A DNA stretch of 59,162 nt, the filler included, from Basidiobolus ranarum (lineage: Eukaryota), in NCBI GenBank assembly GCA_040143965.1. It is 8 parts of 8 records of this genome, joined end to end, with 100 filler letters (N's around TTAATTAATTAA, not from the genome) between each part and the next. Parts side by side here need not be neighbours in the genome. Positions count along the whole stretch, not along the records: positions 22,259 to 29,566 come from JASJQH010008018.1; positions 29,667 to 36,971 come from JASJQH010008019.1; positions 37,072 to 44,371 come from JASJQH010008020.1; 5 more parts are not named here. One strand, written 5' to 3'. This document shows, one piece after another, positions 27,157 through 40,637 of the stretch; within the stretch, counting starts at the first letter, position 1, and the number at the start of each line of letters is the position of its first letter. The notes below the pieces were generated by a model. That model saw only the letters and a program-made list of their open reading frames with translations. It ran no database searches and was not told the DNA's origin. The position numbers were made by a program, and so were the translations under genes.

Positions 27157-27993
27157 GAGATCATATGCTAACAATCAGAAATATATGCGTGAGACTGCTC
27201 TAAGGAAGTGATTAAGATAGTAGTCAAGAAAGTTAAACACATTGTAACGTGAACAATTTAGCATAAAGTCAAGAAAACAGTGATCGCGACTACTTCACCC
27301 CTCATCTGAATACATAATTAGCTGGTTAATTTGCAACAAATTCTAAGATAAAACTGACTTCAGAATCCCTAACTTAAGCTGAATACTGTTACTAGTATAA
27401 TTCATATGTCATTTCCAGAGCCTGCAAGGTATTTGCAATGCATTGGTGATCAAACAGCCACGCTATTTGCATTATACCAGAACCATACAAATTGATTGGT
27501 TGTGAACCATAGTTTGTCACCAAGTAAGCTCTGCTACTCATGATGACTGAGATTTGGGTATATATGGTAACATCCAGTCGGGTAAAAATTTTAAAGGTAT
27601 TTAATCATGTGACCGTGAGTAAAAGACTGATTACTCATTTTTATAAATACGCTTGGCATTTGTGATTCTGGCTTACAACGTTGTTGTAGAAGCGAACTAA
27701 CACCTGATGTTATTACATTCCTGTAATTTCGAGTAATTTCTTAATCGGGTATTTGTTGATGAAGGTCAATAACATAGAATCAATTGAATTGTCGTATGAG
27801 CGCAAATTATTTACGATGCTGGGCTTTATTCCCTATTTCGAATCTTTATTACCACGAGCATTTACCCAATCTTACCATCCCTAAGTTTTTATAACGGAAA
27901 TAAATACAGTACCCCACACCTTCAGATTTATGCTTGATTTGTCTATCATACCCTTCTCTTGATTGCTCTTCGATTCGTTTCATTGCTAACAGT

Positions 27994-29355
27994 ATGCTTC
28001 TAAAAAGACTTTTTACCCAGGCCCATACACTTTCTAAAACTACAGCTGCTAGCTTGGTTCGTCCTGCATATGCCTCTATTCATATCCAACAGCGTGCTAG
28101 CTCCACAACTTCTGAGAGCGATACTTTTCACGTATGTTTACATATGTCGTTCGTAATACGTGATATATACGAACCCTCATTCACTTTCTTTCTTCATATG
28201 TTAGGCTTCTAAATTGATTAAGAACCCTAGTACCAAGCTCAAAGAGCTGGTTCCCAATCAGGAGTTGATATTCGGTCATACATTTACTGACAACATGTTA
28301 ATGATAGAATGGGAAGCTAAAAATGGTTGGGGAAAGCCTGCTATCAAGCCATACGGGAAACTCTCTCTCGATCCTAGTGCCGTTGTTTTTCATTATTCCT
28401 TTGAAGTAAGTGGTTGTATCGACGTCGAAGTTTGTTTTAATTCTTTACTTAATTTATTGTGTAGTGTTTTGAAGGTATGAAAGCTTACAAAGATAAGAAA
28501 GGGAGAGTTCGTCTTTTCAGACCTGATTTAAATATGAATCGATTAAGAAGATCTTCAGAGAGACTCACTTTACCCACTTTTGATACCAACGAGCTCATCG
28601 AATGTATCAAAGAGCTTGTTCGTGCGGATGAAAGATGGATTCCATCCGAACGTGGCTATTCACTCTACATTCGTCCCACTATGATTGGTACTTCGGAATT
28701 CCTCGGAGTAGGCCCTAGTGATCGTGCCATGCTATTTGCCATTTGCTGTCCCGTAGGACCTTACTATAAGACAGGCTTTAAAGCAGTCTCTCTTCAAGCT
28801 ACTGTTGATAAGATCCGTGCTTGGCCCGGTGGTACTGGTGATGCCAAAATCGGAGGAAATTATGCACCTGGTATTCTTCCACAAATCAACGCGATGAAAA
28901 AAGGATTCCAACAAAATCTTTGGTTATTCGGAAAAGATAATGAACTTACTGAAGTGGGTACCATGAATTGCTTCGTGTTCCTCGAGAATGAGCATGGTGA
29001 GAAAGAACTCGTCACTCCTCCTCTTAACGGAATGATTCTCCCCGGAGTTACTAGAGATTCTATCTTAGGTTTGGCAAGGGAATGGAATGAATTCAAGGTT
29101 AGCGAGCGTAAAATCACCATGTCCGAGATCATCAAGGCTGAACAAGATGGTCGTCTGATTGAAATGTTCGGTACTGGTACTGCGTGCGTTGTTAGTCCTA
29201 TAAAAATGATTGGTTTCGAAGGCAGAGAAATCAAGGTTCCCTTGGATCCCAAGGATCCCAACACTCAAGCTGGTCCATTGACAAAACGTTTCAATGATAC
29301 ACTATTAGGCATCCAATACGGAGACATTGAGCATCCTTGGTCTGTATTGGTTTAG
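27994..29355 (+). CDS. BAT1: Branched-chain amino acid aminotransferase, probably mitochondrial
   Basis: Exons 27994-28131, 28205-28405, 28465-29355 splice in frame. Motifs FEGMKAY, LFRPD, YIRP, KIGGNY, EVGTMN, LPGVTR, GTGTA. Arg/Ser-rich presequence. Confidence 0.95.
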
Positions 29356-29566
29356 ATATGGGATATTATGTGAATAATAAATCCTCGATATTTTATACCC
29401 TCATTAATCGATAATTATAAATTGAAATTGATGGGAGTTATTCAGAAAGGCTTCATATTTATTGTATAGAGTAAACGGAAATGAAATGAAATCAAATAAA
29501 ATGCAACATATTCAGATATTACGAGAGTGATGTGATCGAATGTTTGATAAAAATACAAATATAATG

Positions 29567-29666
29567 NNNNNNNNNNNNNNNNNNNNNNNNNNNNNNNNNN
29601 NNNNNNNNNNTTAATTAATTAANNNNNNNNNNNNNNNNNNNNNNNNNNNNNNNNNNNNNNNNNNNN
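29567..29666. other. Artificial contig-joining spacer
   Basis: 44N-TTAATTAATTAA-44N. Confidence 0.99.
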
Positions 29667-29694
29667 GACCTTTGGAAGCAATACCTTGCCTCCA

Positions 29695-29965
29695 AGACAC
29701 CTTTCTTAATTCCCATTATTCCAGGTTTTTGTCCTATTCTCCATCTGGTTTGCACTGAGTACCTTCCTTTCTGCTTATCACCTTTGCCCCTTATCACTAT
29801 ATTTACATCCTCTGAACTTGAGTACATTGGTCATCAGGTTAAGTGTGGATATGATCCATCATTGTCACAATATCTTAAAAGATTGATGTCTTGATTGTCA
29901 CTTTGTTTAGATTAGTATTTAAGTAAAATAAAGTTCACACCATCTGGTGCTTTTCATCCCCCTAA
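29695..29965. repeat. Dispersed repeat, copy A (probable transposon relic)
   Basis: 29852-29965 is nearly identical to 51871-51984; 29695-29958 is a diverged reverse-complement match to 47161-47419. Confidence 0.8.
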
Positions 29966-30406
29966 GCACATTTTGGCCAATTAAAATATTGATTCTGCAC
30001 TCTCACCAAAAAATCAGCTCAGTATCAGCATTAGCAAAAGTGCACTCTTACCAGAAAGATCATAACCCTAGACCATTTTGACCAATCAAATCGCTAATAT
30101 TCTGCACTCTTACCAAAAGAGCAGCATGGCATAAGTGGTAGGCAAAATAATGTGTGGAAATCATTGAGTGTTGTCAACATCAGCTTCATTTATACTTTAA
30201 TTTGGACACCATGCGTAGCTTTCACTTAATTTTTTGTAGGAAACCTTGTTTGTTTCCTGTAATTATTTTGTGAGTGCTTAACATTTATTACTTCTGACAA
30301 TCTTTCCTAAATCGTATATATATCATACAATGGTTTATTTATATAAGCTATATCTTATGATGGTTTGTTGGTTCAAAACCTTGTCTATTGGATGATATTA
30401 TGAGGA

Positions 30407-30797
<391 letters not shown>

Positions 30798-32819
30798 TTA
30801 TACTAGTACAGAAACTACGAATTAATAATATATTGAGCGAAAACAATGACAGCGTATTTCATCATTGGCTTACTAATTAATACTGCTGACTAATTTGCAG
30901 TGAAATTGATCTTAACCTTCTCCACATAATAGCATACCTCCAGGTTATTAGTATAAGTATATGAAGAATTAGCGAAGTTAGCACCATTTGGAAGTATAAA
31001 GTGTAAGTAGTGTTCCTAGTCAAGAATTATGGGAAATCTTGCTTAAAGTAGCAACCACAATTCAAAAACAAATAAAATGCTCTCTCCTTAACAATTATGT
31101 TTACTTAATAAAAGTACGAGCTAAATAAGTATTACTAGCAAAATCCGAACATATCAAACTCTGATGTATGAGTAAAATAGCGAAATATGCGTCAAATATG
31201 GCACCAAGTACTTAGGTTTAGTGTATACTACTAGTTGGATCGCTGTTAAATCGCACGATTAAGCTCGATTAATATTTATGTTCAACAGAATAGTGAGCCA
31301 TTAAGCAAGAAATACTACTGACCTAGCTAAAGATATTTTGGAACTAACCGGCATTACTAAAGGAAATAGTAATAAAGCCACTACAGATGATAGAAGCTCT
31401 ATCCAGTTTTGAGAGTTTTAAAGCTAATATCTCATCTCGTTGCTTGCAATATTTTTCATAAACCTATCACTCTCAAGCTCGATGGACTTAGCGAAGCTAG
31501 TTCACCAAAAACGAGTTAGCATTCTATATTGATGATCAATCCGAGTGTTGTACACATCCAAAGAATTCTTAATTGTGGGAGATAAGGCCATGATAGCATC
31601 GAAGAGGAGTCCTATTAATATCTTATCTGGCCGCTGATTTTGTACGGCTATAACTCGGCTTTTACAGTACCGGAGTCAGTGCCTGTCGTAAGTAAAAGAG
31701 CATGATTTGCATAAATCAACTTGAGGAAGTATCAGTCCTAGGAACCCAAGAAAGTGGAAAATAAAATTTCAGCTCGTAAAGATGGCCATTTGTGGGCCCA
31801 GAATTAGGGTATTGTTGGTAATGTTTGAAATTTTATTATTTTAGCTGAGAGAGCTGTCACGTCTCGATAATATACAAAAGACACAATTTGTATGTTTTAA
31901 TTTCCATATAACACATAACATAACATCTGAGCACTCGCGACCCCAATGCTTATTGTTAAAAGTTCATCTTGATTGATACCGACACCATTTCTCTACTCGT
32001 GCCAGCTCTTACTGTTCCTATTGAATGCAGTCAACACGTATTTACTGCTGACCCGGGGTATGTGTAGCTGTAAAAAAGGGTTAAAGCTCGTGGAGACAGT
32101 TAACTGGATACTTTGAAGAGGGTCCTAAGGCATAGAGGAACGATTCAAGGAATACGTAAGAATTCTGGAAGAGTTCAGTCTCAGCTCTCATTATCCAGAT
32201 AATTTAGTAACAAAGTGTGATGTTCCATAGCTGGTGGTATGCTCGGTAATGAGATTGATCACAGTATTGCACTCCAGGAAGAATGGGAAAAGATCGAGAG
32301 GAAACAAGACCTCCCTGCGGAGTTACCAGGCAATAAGGAAGCAAAGATATTTACATAAGTTCACCGGAGTGGATCAATAGTATCAAAAGGTAAGCTTTCC
32401 TCATATATATCATCCAGTCACAATGTAGGTAACGATACAATCGCGGATCTGATTACCAGACTTATACAAAAGATTCCGACTGCCTTTTTGACAACGCTTC
32501 CTGTCCCAATAATAGCTTTTAAGCCCATATTTGTATTTGGGGAAGGTTCAATAAGCAAATACTGGATTAAATATTTATTCAAGTTGAACAATCAGATTAA
32601 TTTATCAGTTAGTAATCAAAAGAAGGATTTTTCAAGTTCGGGTGGGGAAACCACTTTATCCGCTACTCTTTCTCCACCCCGCTTTCTCCACTAGGTAAAT
32701 TGATCAAGTCGAGTGAAGAAAGATCTGAAAGCGAATATAATTACTAATAGGTTCGAAAAGCCGTAGAATATAAGGCCTGTTGGGTTTGAATATTGGTAAA
32801 ATATTTCAAATATCTCATA

Positions 32820-33707
32820 ATGAACCAAAGTATTAAGAATATCGCTGTGGCTGGAGGAAGTGGAGGGCTTGGTGCTTTTATCACGAAGGCACTGATTCGC
32901 AGTAATTATCAAGTGACCGTTCTTACACGTGACACCAAAACTCTAGTACCTGGTGCCAAAACCGTAACCATCGATTATCATAACCACGATGACCTTGTTG
33001 AGGCACTCCGAGGAATTGATGCAATCGTCTCGACCATTTCTGGGACCGCGCTTCTTGACGGCCAAATCATCCTTATCAATGCCGCTGTTGAAGCTGGTGT
33101 TAAGCGTTTCTTACCTTCTGAATTTGGAGTCGACCTTCGTGGACTCGATAACCCAGAAGTTGACTTCAAGATTATGCATGAAGTTGAGCACAATCCCAAA
33201 AGCATTGTCCGTAAGGAGCTCATAAAACATCAGGATACCATGACTTGGACATTTCTCAATACTGGTTTCTTTACCGATACAACTTTACTCCCTGAACTCG
33301 GCTTTGATCTTGCCAACAAGAAGGTTAGCATTGTTGGAGACGGTAATGCTTTAGTGTCCTGGACTACTCGTTATGATGTAGGAGAGTTTGTGGTTGCAAT
33401 TCTCGCGGATTCAGAGAGTCAAAATCAAGAAATTAACCTTGTTGCCGATGTCAAGACTTTAAATGAGATCGTGTCAGATATTGAAAACATCCGAAATATA
33501 AAGCTCTCTGTTACATATCATTCCGCAGAGGAAGCAATTTCTATCCTCAGCAGAACTAAGTTCGAGCATCCATATCTAGCGTTTATTGAAGAGTTGAAGA
33601 GATTTCTTGGCAGTGGATATGCATATCAGAAAATCAACGACATTGCAAGATATACAAATGTCCAAACTACCACTGTCCATGATTTTATCAAGTGTTCACC
33701 TGCTTGA
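32820..33707 (+). CDS. NmrA / isoflavone-reductase-like NAD(P)-binding protein, 295 aa, intronless
   Basis: IAVAGGSGGLG Rossmann motif, AAVEAGVKRFLPSEFG, TTRYDVG. Confidence 0.92.
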   Translation: MNQSIKNIAVAGGSGGLGAFITKALIRSNYQVTVLTRDTKTLVPGAKTVTIDYHNHDDLVEALRGIDAIVSTISGTALLDGQIILINAAVEAGVKRFLPSEFGVDLRGLDNPEVDFKIMHEVEHNPKSIVRKELIKHQDTMTWTFLNTGFFTDTTLLPELGFDLANKKVSIVGDGNALVSWTTRYDVGEFVVAILADSESQNQEINLVADVKTLNEIVSDIENIRNIKLSVTYHSAEEAISILSRTKFEHPYLAFIEELKRFLGSGYAYQKINDIARYTNVQTTTVHDFIKCSPA

Positions 33708-34808
33708 GTGTTTGTATGACTTCGCTACACCTATCGTCGTAAATAAATACATCTTGATATTATCAAGATAGATTTTATGTTTGATATGTAAACCAATCGA
33801 TGTTGCTTGCAGTTAGCAGTAACACTCCGATAGTAGGAGAATATCCAAAAAGAAGTAATTATTGGATATTTACATTAGTGAGAACATAAATCAAATTAAT
33901 GTTAAATGAAAGGATGACATAGCACTTGAATTATTTATAGCCTACGCTTCCTGTTGTTTACTGGCTTGGTTCTCTGGACTAGTACCAGCACGGTAGATAA
34001 TTATTTCTTGATGTCGACCTAAGAGGTTCTCAGGATGCGAGTAGTACTGTTAAACCCAGATAATGCATATGCTTCGGTAATATCAATACGGATTGTAATT
34101 TGGAAGCTTTATCTGGTGGACTAAGGCACTTCAATATTCATACATAGCGGACATTAGCAAGGGCAGATAACGCGTACTACAACAAGTCGTTGGTCTGAGG
34201 TCATAGGATAATGGAGGGTTTATTTTCTGTTCTGTAGTGACACATTACATAAAGGTAGTTAATCACCTATTTCTATACTGCCATTGAAGTCGAATGAAGG
34301 TTTTGATTGGGAATGTCTTTAGGAATACTGATTACCAAAATAAAGAATTGTTTCTTGATACTCGATTGGTCATAACAACCAATTATCCTAAATATCTCAT
34401 CAACATACCAAAATAACTAGACAGTATTTACTCAAAGCGTGGAATGACACTTCTTGACCCGAAATATCTATTCGTTGCCAGAAGCATAAATGATAAAGAA
34501 TACCTATTTATAGACTATCATTCAATAATATAGGATAGAGCAGTGATATTTACTGTACTATTTTAGTTAAAATTATCGAGTCAAATTTACCATTTGCATG
34601 ATTAATGCGATAGAGAGATTTTCATGGATTAGTCAGCTATACCTGGTATCTGTCGCCGTCATCAATTTCTTTTATTTTGGAAGATTAGCTTAGTAATTTT
34701 TTCAAATCAAAAGTAATATATAAACCCGTCGCTCATCTCAGTTATTCCCAATTCACTATATTCCACCGCATTCCCCTGCATATTCTACCCAAAAGCTGAA
34801 TCGTAACA

Positions 34809-35204
34809 ATGAGTTTTCTCCAAGTGAGTGATCAAAAGGCGCTAGAACAAGACAAAATGAAAAACTGTTTGCAAGAGTATGTTGATGGCTTAAATGCATG
34901 TGAACCGACGAGAATTCTACAGTTGTTTGCAGATGACGCTGTGGTTCATGACCCTGTTGGAAATGAGCCATTAACTGATCGTCAACAAATCACTGGATTC
35001 TTCGAAAATGCGGGGAAAACGGTTAAGAGTGTTTCGATTATCTCACCAATAACTGGATCCTTTGCTAAAAGCGCGGCTATGACCATCAAAATAGAATTAA
35101 ATAATGGGGAAACAATCACTTCCATTGACGTAATGGAGTTCAACGACCAGTATAAGATTACAACCATGAAGGCATATTGGGGGTCCTCTGATCTCCGTAA
35201 ATAA
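34809..35204 (+). CDS. NTF2/SnoaL-fold protein resembling bacterial delta5-3-ketosteroid isomerase
   Basis: EYVDGLNA..LFADDAVVHDPVG..IDVMEFN..ITTMKAYWG; Tyr/Asp/Asp catalytic positions apparently kept; intronless; TATAAA upstream near 34719. Confidence 0.85.
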   Translation: MSFLQVSDQKALEQDKMKNCLQEYVDGLNACEPTRILQLFADDAVVHDPVGNEPLTDRQQITGFFENAGKTVKSVSIISPITGSFAKSAAMTIKIELNNGETITSIDVMEFNDQYKITTMKAYWGSSDLRK

Positions 35205-35461
35205 GTTTATGTCGGTAAGTTACACTAATCTCATTACTACAATAAATATGTTGAAATACTACTTTGAATTTCTTTACTCCCGAACTCTGACATGTTCTTT
35301 CAAACATTGAATTTGCTTAGAATGCTTGATTACTCTATAGCTCACTGATTATCATACATGCCAAGAATCGTCATCATGAATCACTTTCTTGGGTGGGAGA
35401 ATTAGCGGTCCCATGTATCCACCAAGAATCATAATCACTAAGAACTCAGCCCCAATCTGGT

Positions 35462-35743
35462 TTATATGATGATGATAGTAAAGTAATGAACTGTACAAAG
35501 AGCGTAGCTACAGCCACCAATGAGAAGACAGATACCACTATCTGAAGTGTTATAGAAGCCGCCTCCAAAGACAGTAAAAGTAGTGTAAAGGGCAATATTG
35601 TCATTCTTGGCGACCATAGCATTTTTTAGACTGCTACTACCCATACTATTAATGACATTGAACATGCCAGGCCAGCAGAAACATACAAAACCGAAGGACA
35701 GTCATACGGAATGCCGATCCCGTTGCGAAATTGGGTGACATGA
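35462..35743 (-). pseudogene. UNC-93-like MFS transporter fragment
   Basis: FGFVCFCWPGMFNVINSMG..NIALYTTFTVFG..IGGCSYAL matches the UNC-93 family N-terminus; frameshifts, and the rest is largely missing. Confidence 0.75.
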
Positions 35744-36560
35744 TCATTTGATCAGAAGTAAGAAAGTTGTGGAAATTAATTTGAGCTTTGTTTAATATTT
35801 ATAATCAGCCCAAAGGAACGTAGCAAGGACTAGTCGTATTACTTCGCAAACCCAAGTCCGATAGAAGTAATTATCGTTTGAGGGTAGAGCGCTTTGGACT
35901 AAATAGTACAGTCCATTAAAATGAATTATGTCTCACTTCTCACATCCAAATCAAGACTGCTTGACCTTGATCAGAATTTAAACTACATTGGTGATGCCAT
36001 TTTTAGTCAGGTACTATAAAATATGATCGCTTGTGACTGCTATACATGGTATAACTCAGACAAAGTAGCTCAAATAAATCCTGGAATTTTCCCATTCAAG
36101 TTGTAACAACCTAGGTCGTATCTGACTGACGATATAGAACTATCCTAATATAGCCATACGCGTTTGGACCATGAACATCAATAGTTTTCCTGATTTGCAC
36201 AAGTGACTTGTTTTCACTGTACTTGCCAGTTAATATATGCAAAACTTCCAAATCCAAATTCGTTCCTTGATAAACACAAGTACATTCAAGTTCAACTTTT
36301 CACAAACCCTTGTAGAAAGTGCCTGTTGCGTTCAATCCTATGTTTAAAATAAGAACGCATCATTGATATCATTGCTCACCAAATGCAAATATTGACCAAG
36401 GAGATATCAAAACACGTAGTTACACCAGTGAAGTATTACTTTGAAAAATCCATTAACCCAGAATTAGGCTACAATTAATGTTAACACGATATCTTTTAGG
36501 TAAATATATTCAGTTTATTTCTAATGAAAATTGGGAGTTCAAATCAATTCTTTTGTACAT

Positions 36561-36971
<411 letters not shown>

Positions 36972-37071
36972 NNNNNNNNNNNNNNNNNNNNNNNNNNNNN
37001 NNNNNNNNNNNNNNNTTAATTAATTAANNNNNNNNNNNNNNNNNNNNNNNNNNNNNNNNNNNNNNNNNNNN
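36972..37071. other. Artificial contig-joining spacer
   Basis: 44N-TTAATTAATTAA-44N. Confidence 0.99.
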
Positions 37072-38447
37072 CACTAAAGAAACCGGTACATTTACTCAAT
37101 GTTCAAGCATCCATATGGAGAGAACTAACCCCTTTTACTTAGATCACATGAGTATCAAGCTAGTCACTGGTTCGTTCCGTGGAGTCTTTCGTGTATTTAA
37201 TGTTTACCTTAACGGCGGTATATATGCAGTGTCTGAGGGTAAGCTGCCCATATTCTCAACGTTGGAGAATGCTGTATTTAGCTTCGATTTTTATTTAGAC
37301 GCGGTGTTCAGAACAAAAGATAAATCACCAGCGATTTATGTTAACGTCGTCAACATGAAGGGCTTACCGCAACGACCATGCAAATACAAGTCAAGTGAAG
37401 CCTCCATTGTCGATTCTGAGAATGACCATGTAGATTCGCCCAAGCCCAAACCCAAAACTGAGTCTCATTACTTTATATGTTGCTCTGAAGAGTCTATTAG
37501 AATTCACTTCAATTGCTCCGCAACAAAGCTGCATAAATGTATGATTCGGAAGGAAGATGGCAAGATCGTAAAAGCATCTATTTCTCGGTATCAAGGTACG
37601 TGCAATCTACTCGATGCATTAAAATCCTAAATGAATGGTAGACATAAGAATCTAACTTGTGTGTGTTTATTGCTTAGATCAAAGTTGTTTCGTAGCGCTA
37701 ACTAATGTAGGATTGATCAAGATCTTTTCGTTGCCCAAACTTGCGCATATTATTGATATTCCCATCACGAATTATATCCCTGAAAGGTAAATCTCGCATC
37801 TCACACTTTTACCATATGTTTGCATTCAAAGCTGAATTCCCGGTATTACAGGTTGAAAGATAGTATCATTACTGATGATGGACGTGTTCTTGTATCCGCT
37901 GCTCAATACCAATATCGGGAGTATACTTTCTTCAAGGAGAACTCGTTGTAAGTGTCATTTTGAGCTAACTTGAGATATCAAAGACTCATGCTCTTATTTG
38001 TTCAGCGTCAGTCTGATTCCCAAAGTATATCGCATTTACAACAAAGCAAAGAGAGTGCCCGAGAAGCCCATACTCAATAGCACCTGGTGGTTTGGAGGCG
38101 GTGAAGCAGCATCCAGTCATGATATCAATGAGCTTCGTACGTTATCTATTCATGGCTTTTATACCCTTTGCAATACTAATTGACTAATTGTTCGTTCAGT
38201 CGGTAAGGGTTTCACAGATAGGAAGGCTAAGCAACGAGAACAGCCAGAGAGTAGCCGAGCTCAAGATGAAGCTCAGAGCACTGCCAGTGTTCTAGCTGAT
38301 GCTGGCCGTATGCTAAATGAACGTGGAGAAAAACTCAACCGGCTTCAAGACACTGTCGCCAATATGGAAGCATCATCTGCTGGATTCTTGGATGATATAC
38401 GTGAATATAATAAAAGGATGGCGGCAAAGAAATGGTATCAGCTTTGA
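37072..38447 (+). CDS. 3' exons of Sro7/tomosyn/Lgl-family protein
   Basis: Beta-propeller-like exons, then C-terminal R-SNARE-like motif LNERGEKLNRLQDTVANMEASSAGFLDDIREYNKRMAAKKWYQL*; several GT-AG introns. Confidence 0.8.
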
Positions 38448-38611
38448 TTTACTGATCAGAAATCATGCACATTCTTTCAACAACATTCTACCTAGCATTC
38501 TACCACTGCTTTACTCTAATGGTTATATTCCCTCACAGATAAATATATGTAATACATGAGCAAGAAATATGAACAATACATCTAATTGAGCAAGAAATAT
38601 GGGCAATACAT

Positions 38612-39251
38612 CTAATTTATAACCAACTCCATAAAAGTAGTATCCAACCAACGATCGAATTTGTATCCAACATGATGGAAGGTTCCCACTAATGAAAATC
38701 CAAGTTGCTCGTAGAGTTTAAGAGACCCCACATTTTCTGTAGTGATTCCGGCTATATCAAATCTGGGTTAATATCACTGAGTTTGTCATAAGAATTTACA
38801 CTTCACTGTACCAATTATATTGCAAAAGCCTTGGCTTTTTCCTCGTTGAATCATTTCTTTCATCATTAATTTCCCGAGACCACGGCGACGGTAATCTTGG
38901 TGAATGTAGAGTGAGACCTCCGTTGTACTGTAAGAAACATATTAGAGGATATCTTAGGAGGTTAGGGAAACACTACAGTACAAACCTCTTGAACGCAGGT
39001 TTGTCACGGAACACCCCTAGGCAGCAATAACCGGCAACTTTTCCTTCCGAGGTAGAGTTGTCAATTGCAACAATTAGAGGATACCCTTTACTCTTAAGTG
39101 CATCAAACCAAGCTAGACGGTCTTCCAAGGTTTTTTCTTCATACTCGAAAATGGAAGTGCTATGAAGGATTTCCCAATTGAAAATGTCCAGGATCCCTGG
39201 CACATCTGCGGCTTGACAATCCCGAATCTCTATTTGACCTGTTGTAGACAT
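38612..39251 (-). CDS. GNAT acetyltransferase (phosphinothricin/methionine-sulfoximine acetyltransferase-like), 3 exons
   Basis: EVSLYIHQDYRRRGLGK acetyl-CoA motif, ENVGSLKLYEQLGF, VGYKFDRWLDT; two canonical introns keep the frame. Confidence 0.9.
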
Positions 39252-39561
39252 TCTCTATTCTATTGATACTTTATGGTAGTGGCGAAACCATTGGTTTTAT
39301 ATGATTCAAGTTCATCAAATTTTCCATATATATATAATATATCACATCATTCATATGTTTGGTGATAGGTTCTCGCTTTATCAACTATTTACTAAATTAA
39401 GAGAAGGAATATCTGACTAACTATGTGTAAGATATGCATTTGTGATGTTAGTTGCTGAATTTGTTGATTAAAATGGTGGCTACTTTTTGAAGAAATCATC
39501 ATATAACTCGATATAGTTCCTTACAGTACTTTCTGTTTCTTCCTTAAATTACCTTTTGACC

Positions 39562-40376
39562 ATGTCTAAGAATTCTTCAAAGTGGACCGTGGATTTTTCT
39601 ACTCTAGATCAATCAAGGTTTTATTCTCAACGTTTACTCTGGAAAAGTTTATTCTTCTCTAACCATAGTCATTCTTTGTCAGAGCTCGTAGAAATGAACA
39701 ACTCGATCCTCCTGGTTTCGTGGCTACCTCATCTGGCAACTCTAAAAATGCTACTGTAAATACGCCTTATTTGACTGATGTTTGTTTGAATGTTTCAACC
39801 AACTAAACACATATCTTATAGAAAAACATCAAGCCGGTAGATCCTGGAGTTTCGGCCAACTTAAAGTTGAAGGTATCTTTTTGAACGTTTTTCCAAATTA
39901 AATTAGAATTTTCATTTATCTTTCTCTCTTTCCATCCTTACAGAAAGCATGGGAAGTTTCTTTAGCACCAGCGAAAAACATCCCCATGAACGGTTTTATG
40001 CTCTATATGTCTGGTAGTGGAGTCCAAATTTTCAGTATTATTATTACTGGCATGTTATTCTTCCAACCTTTTCAAGCTTTGATGAACCTTGGTCCTGGTA
40101 TGTAGATATGAAGATTGATATATATATATATAAGCATTATATTGATTTTATTCGAAAGTTTTCGAACGATTTGAAGCGAAGCCCAGCAAAGGTAAAGGTA
40201 AAGTACCCGAAGAACAAGTCAACCTTATGCTTCCTAAACTGGTTTTCATTGCTGTACAATTGACGATAATGTGTATGGGTGTTTACAAATTATCTTCTAT
40301 GGGATTACTACCTACTGCTAGTTCAGATTGGTTAGCATTTATGGACCCAAAGCAAATGTTGGAATTTACTGTTTAA
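39562..40376 (+). CDS. EMC4: ER membrane protein complex subunit 4, 5 exons
   Basis: KAWEVSLAPAKNIPMNGFMLYMSGSGVQIFSI and KLSSMGLLPTASSDWLAF; four canonical introns. Confidence 0.92.
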
Positions 40377-40637
40377 CCACTCAATGATTGAATTATTCCC
40401 TACTATAAAAGAATCCTTTCTTCATTGTTATATCTTTGCTTCAACTCTATCTTTCGATGAATTTGTTATGTTTCTACCAAGCTAGTAATAAAAGAAGAAT
40501 TTTCATTTCTTGAATGCACATATTTTATTGTTTGATATTTTACATGAAATTTCTAAACTTTATTTGCGCTAGGGGAGGAATATTAAGCAGGCGCTTCTAG
40601 TCCCAGAGAATGGAGACTAAGTAGTGGTTTCTAGTCC

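Noticed and set aside
31900-32700. Coding-like sequence upstream of the NmrA gene
   Set aside because: Multiple stops and frameshifts, no identifiable family.
38955-38968. GGTTAGGG as another telomeric scar
   Set aside because: Lies inside an intron of the intact GNAT gene with no associated breakpoint; chance match.
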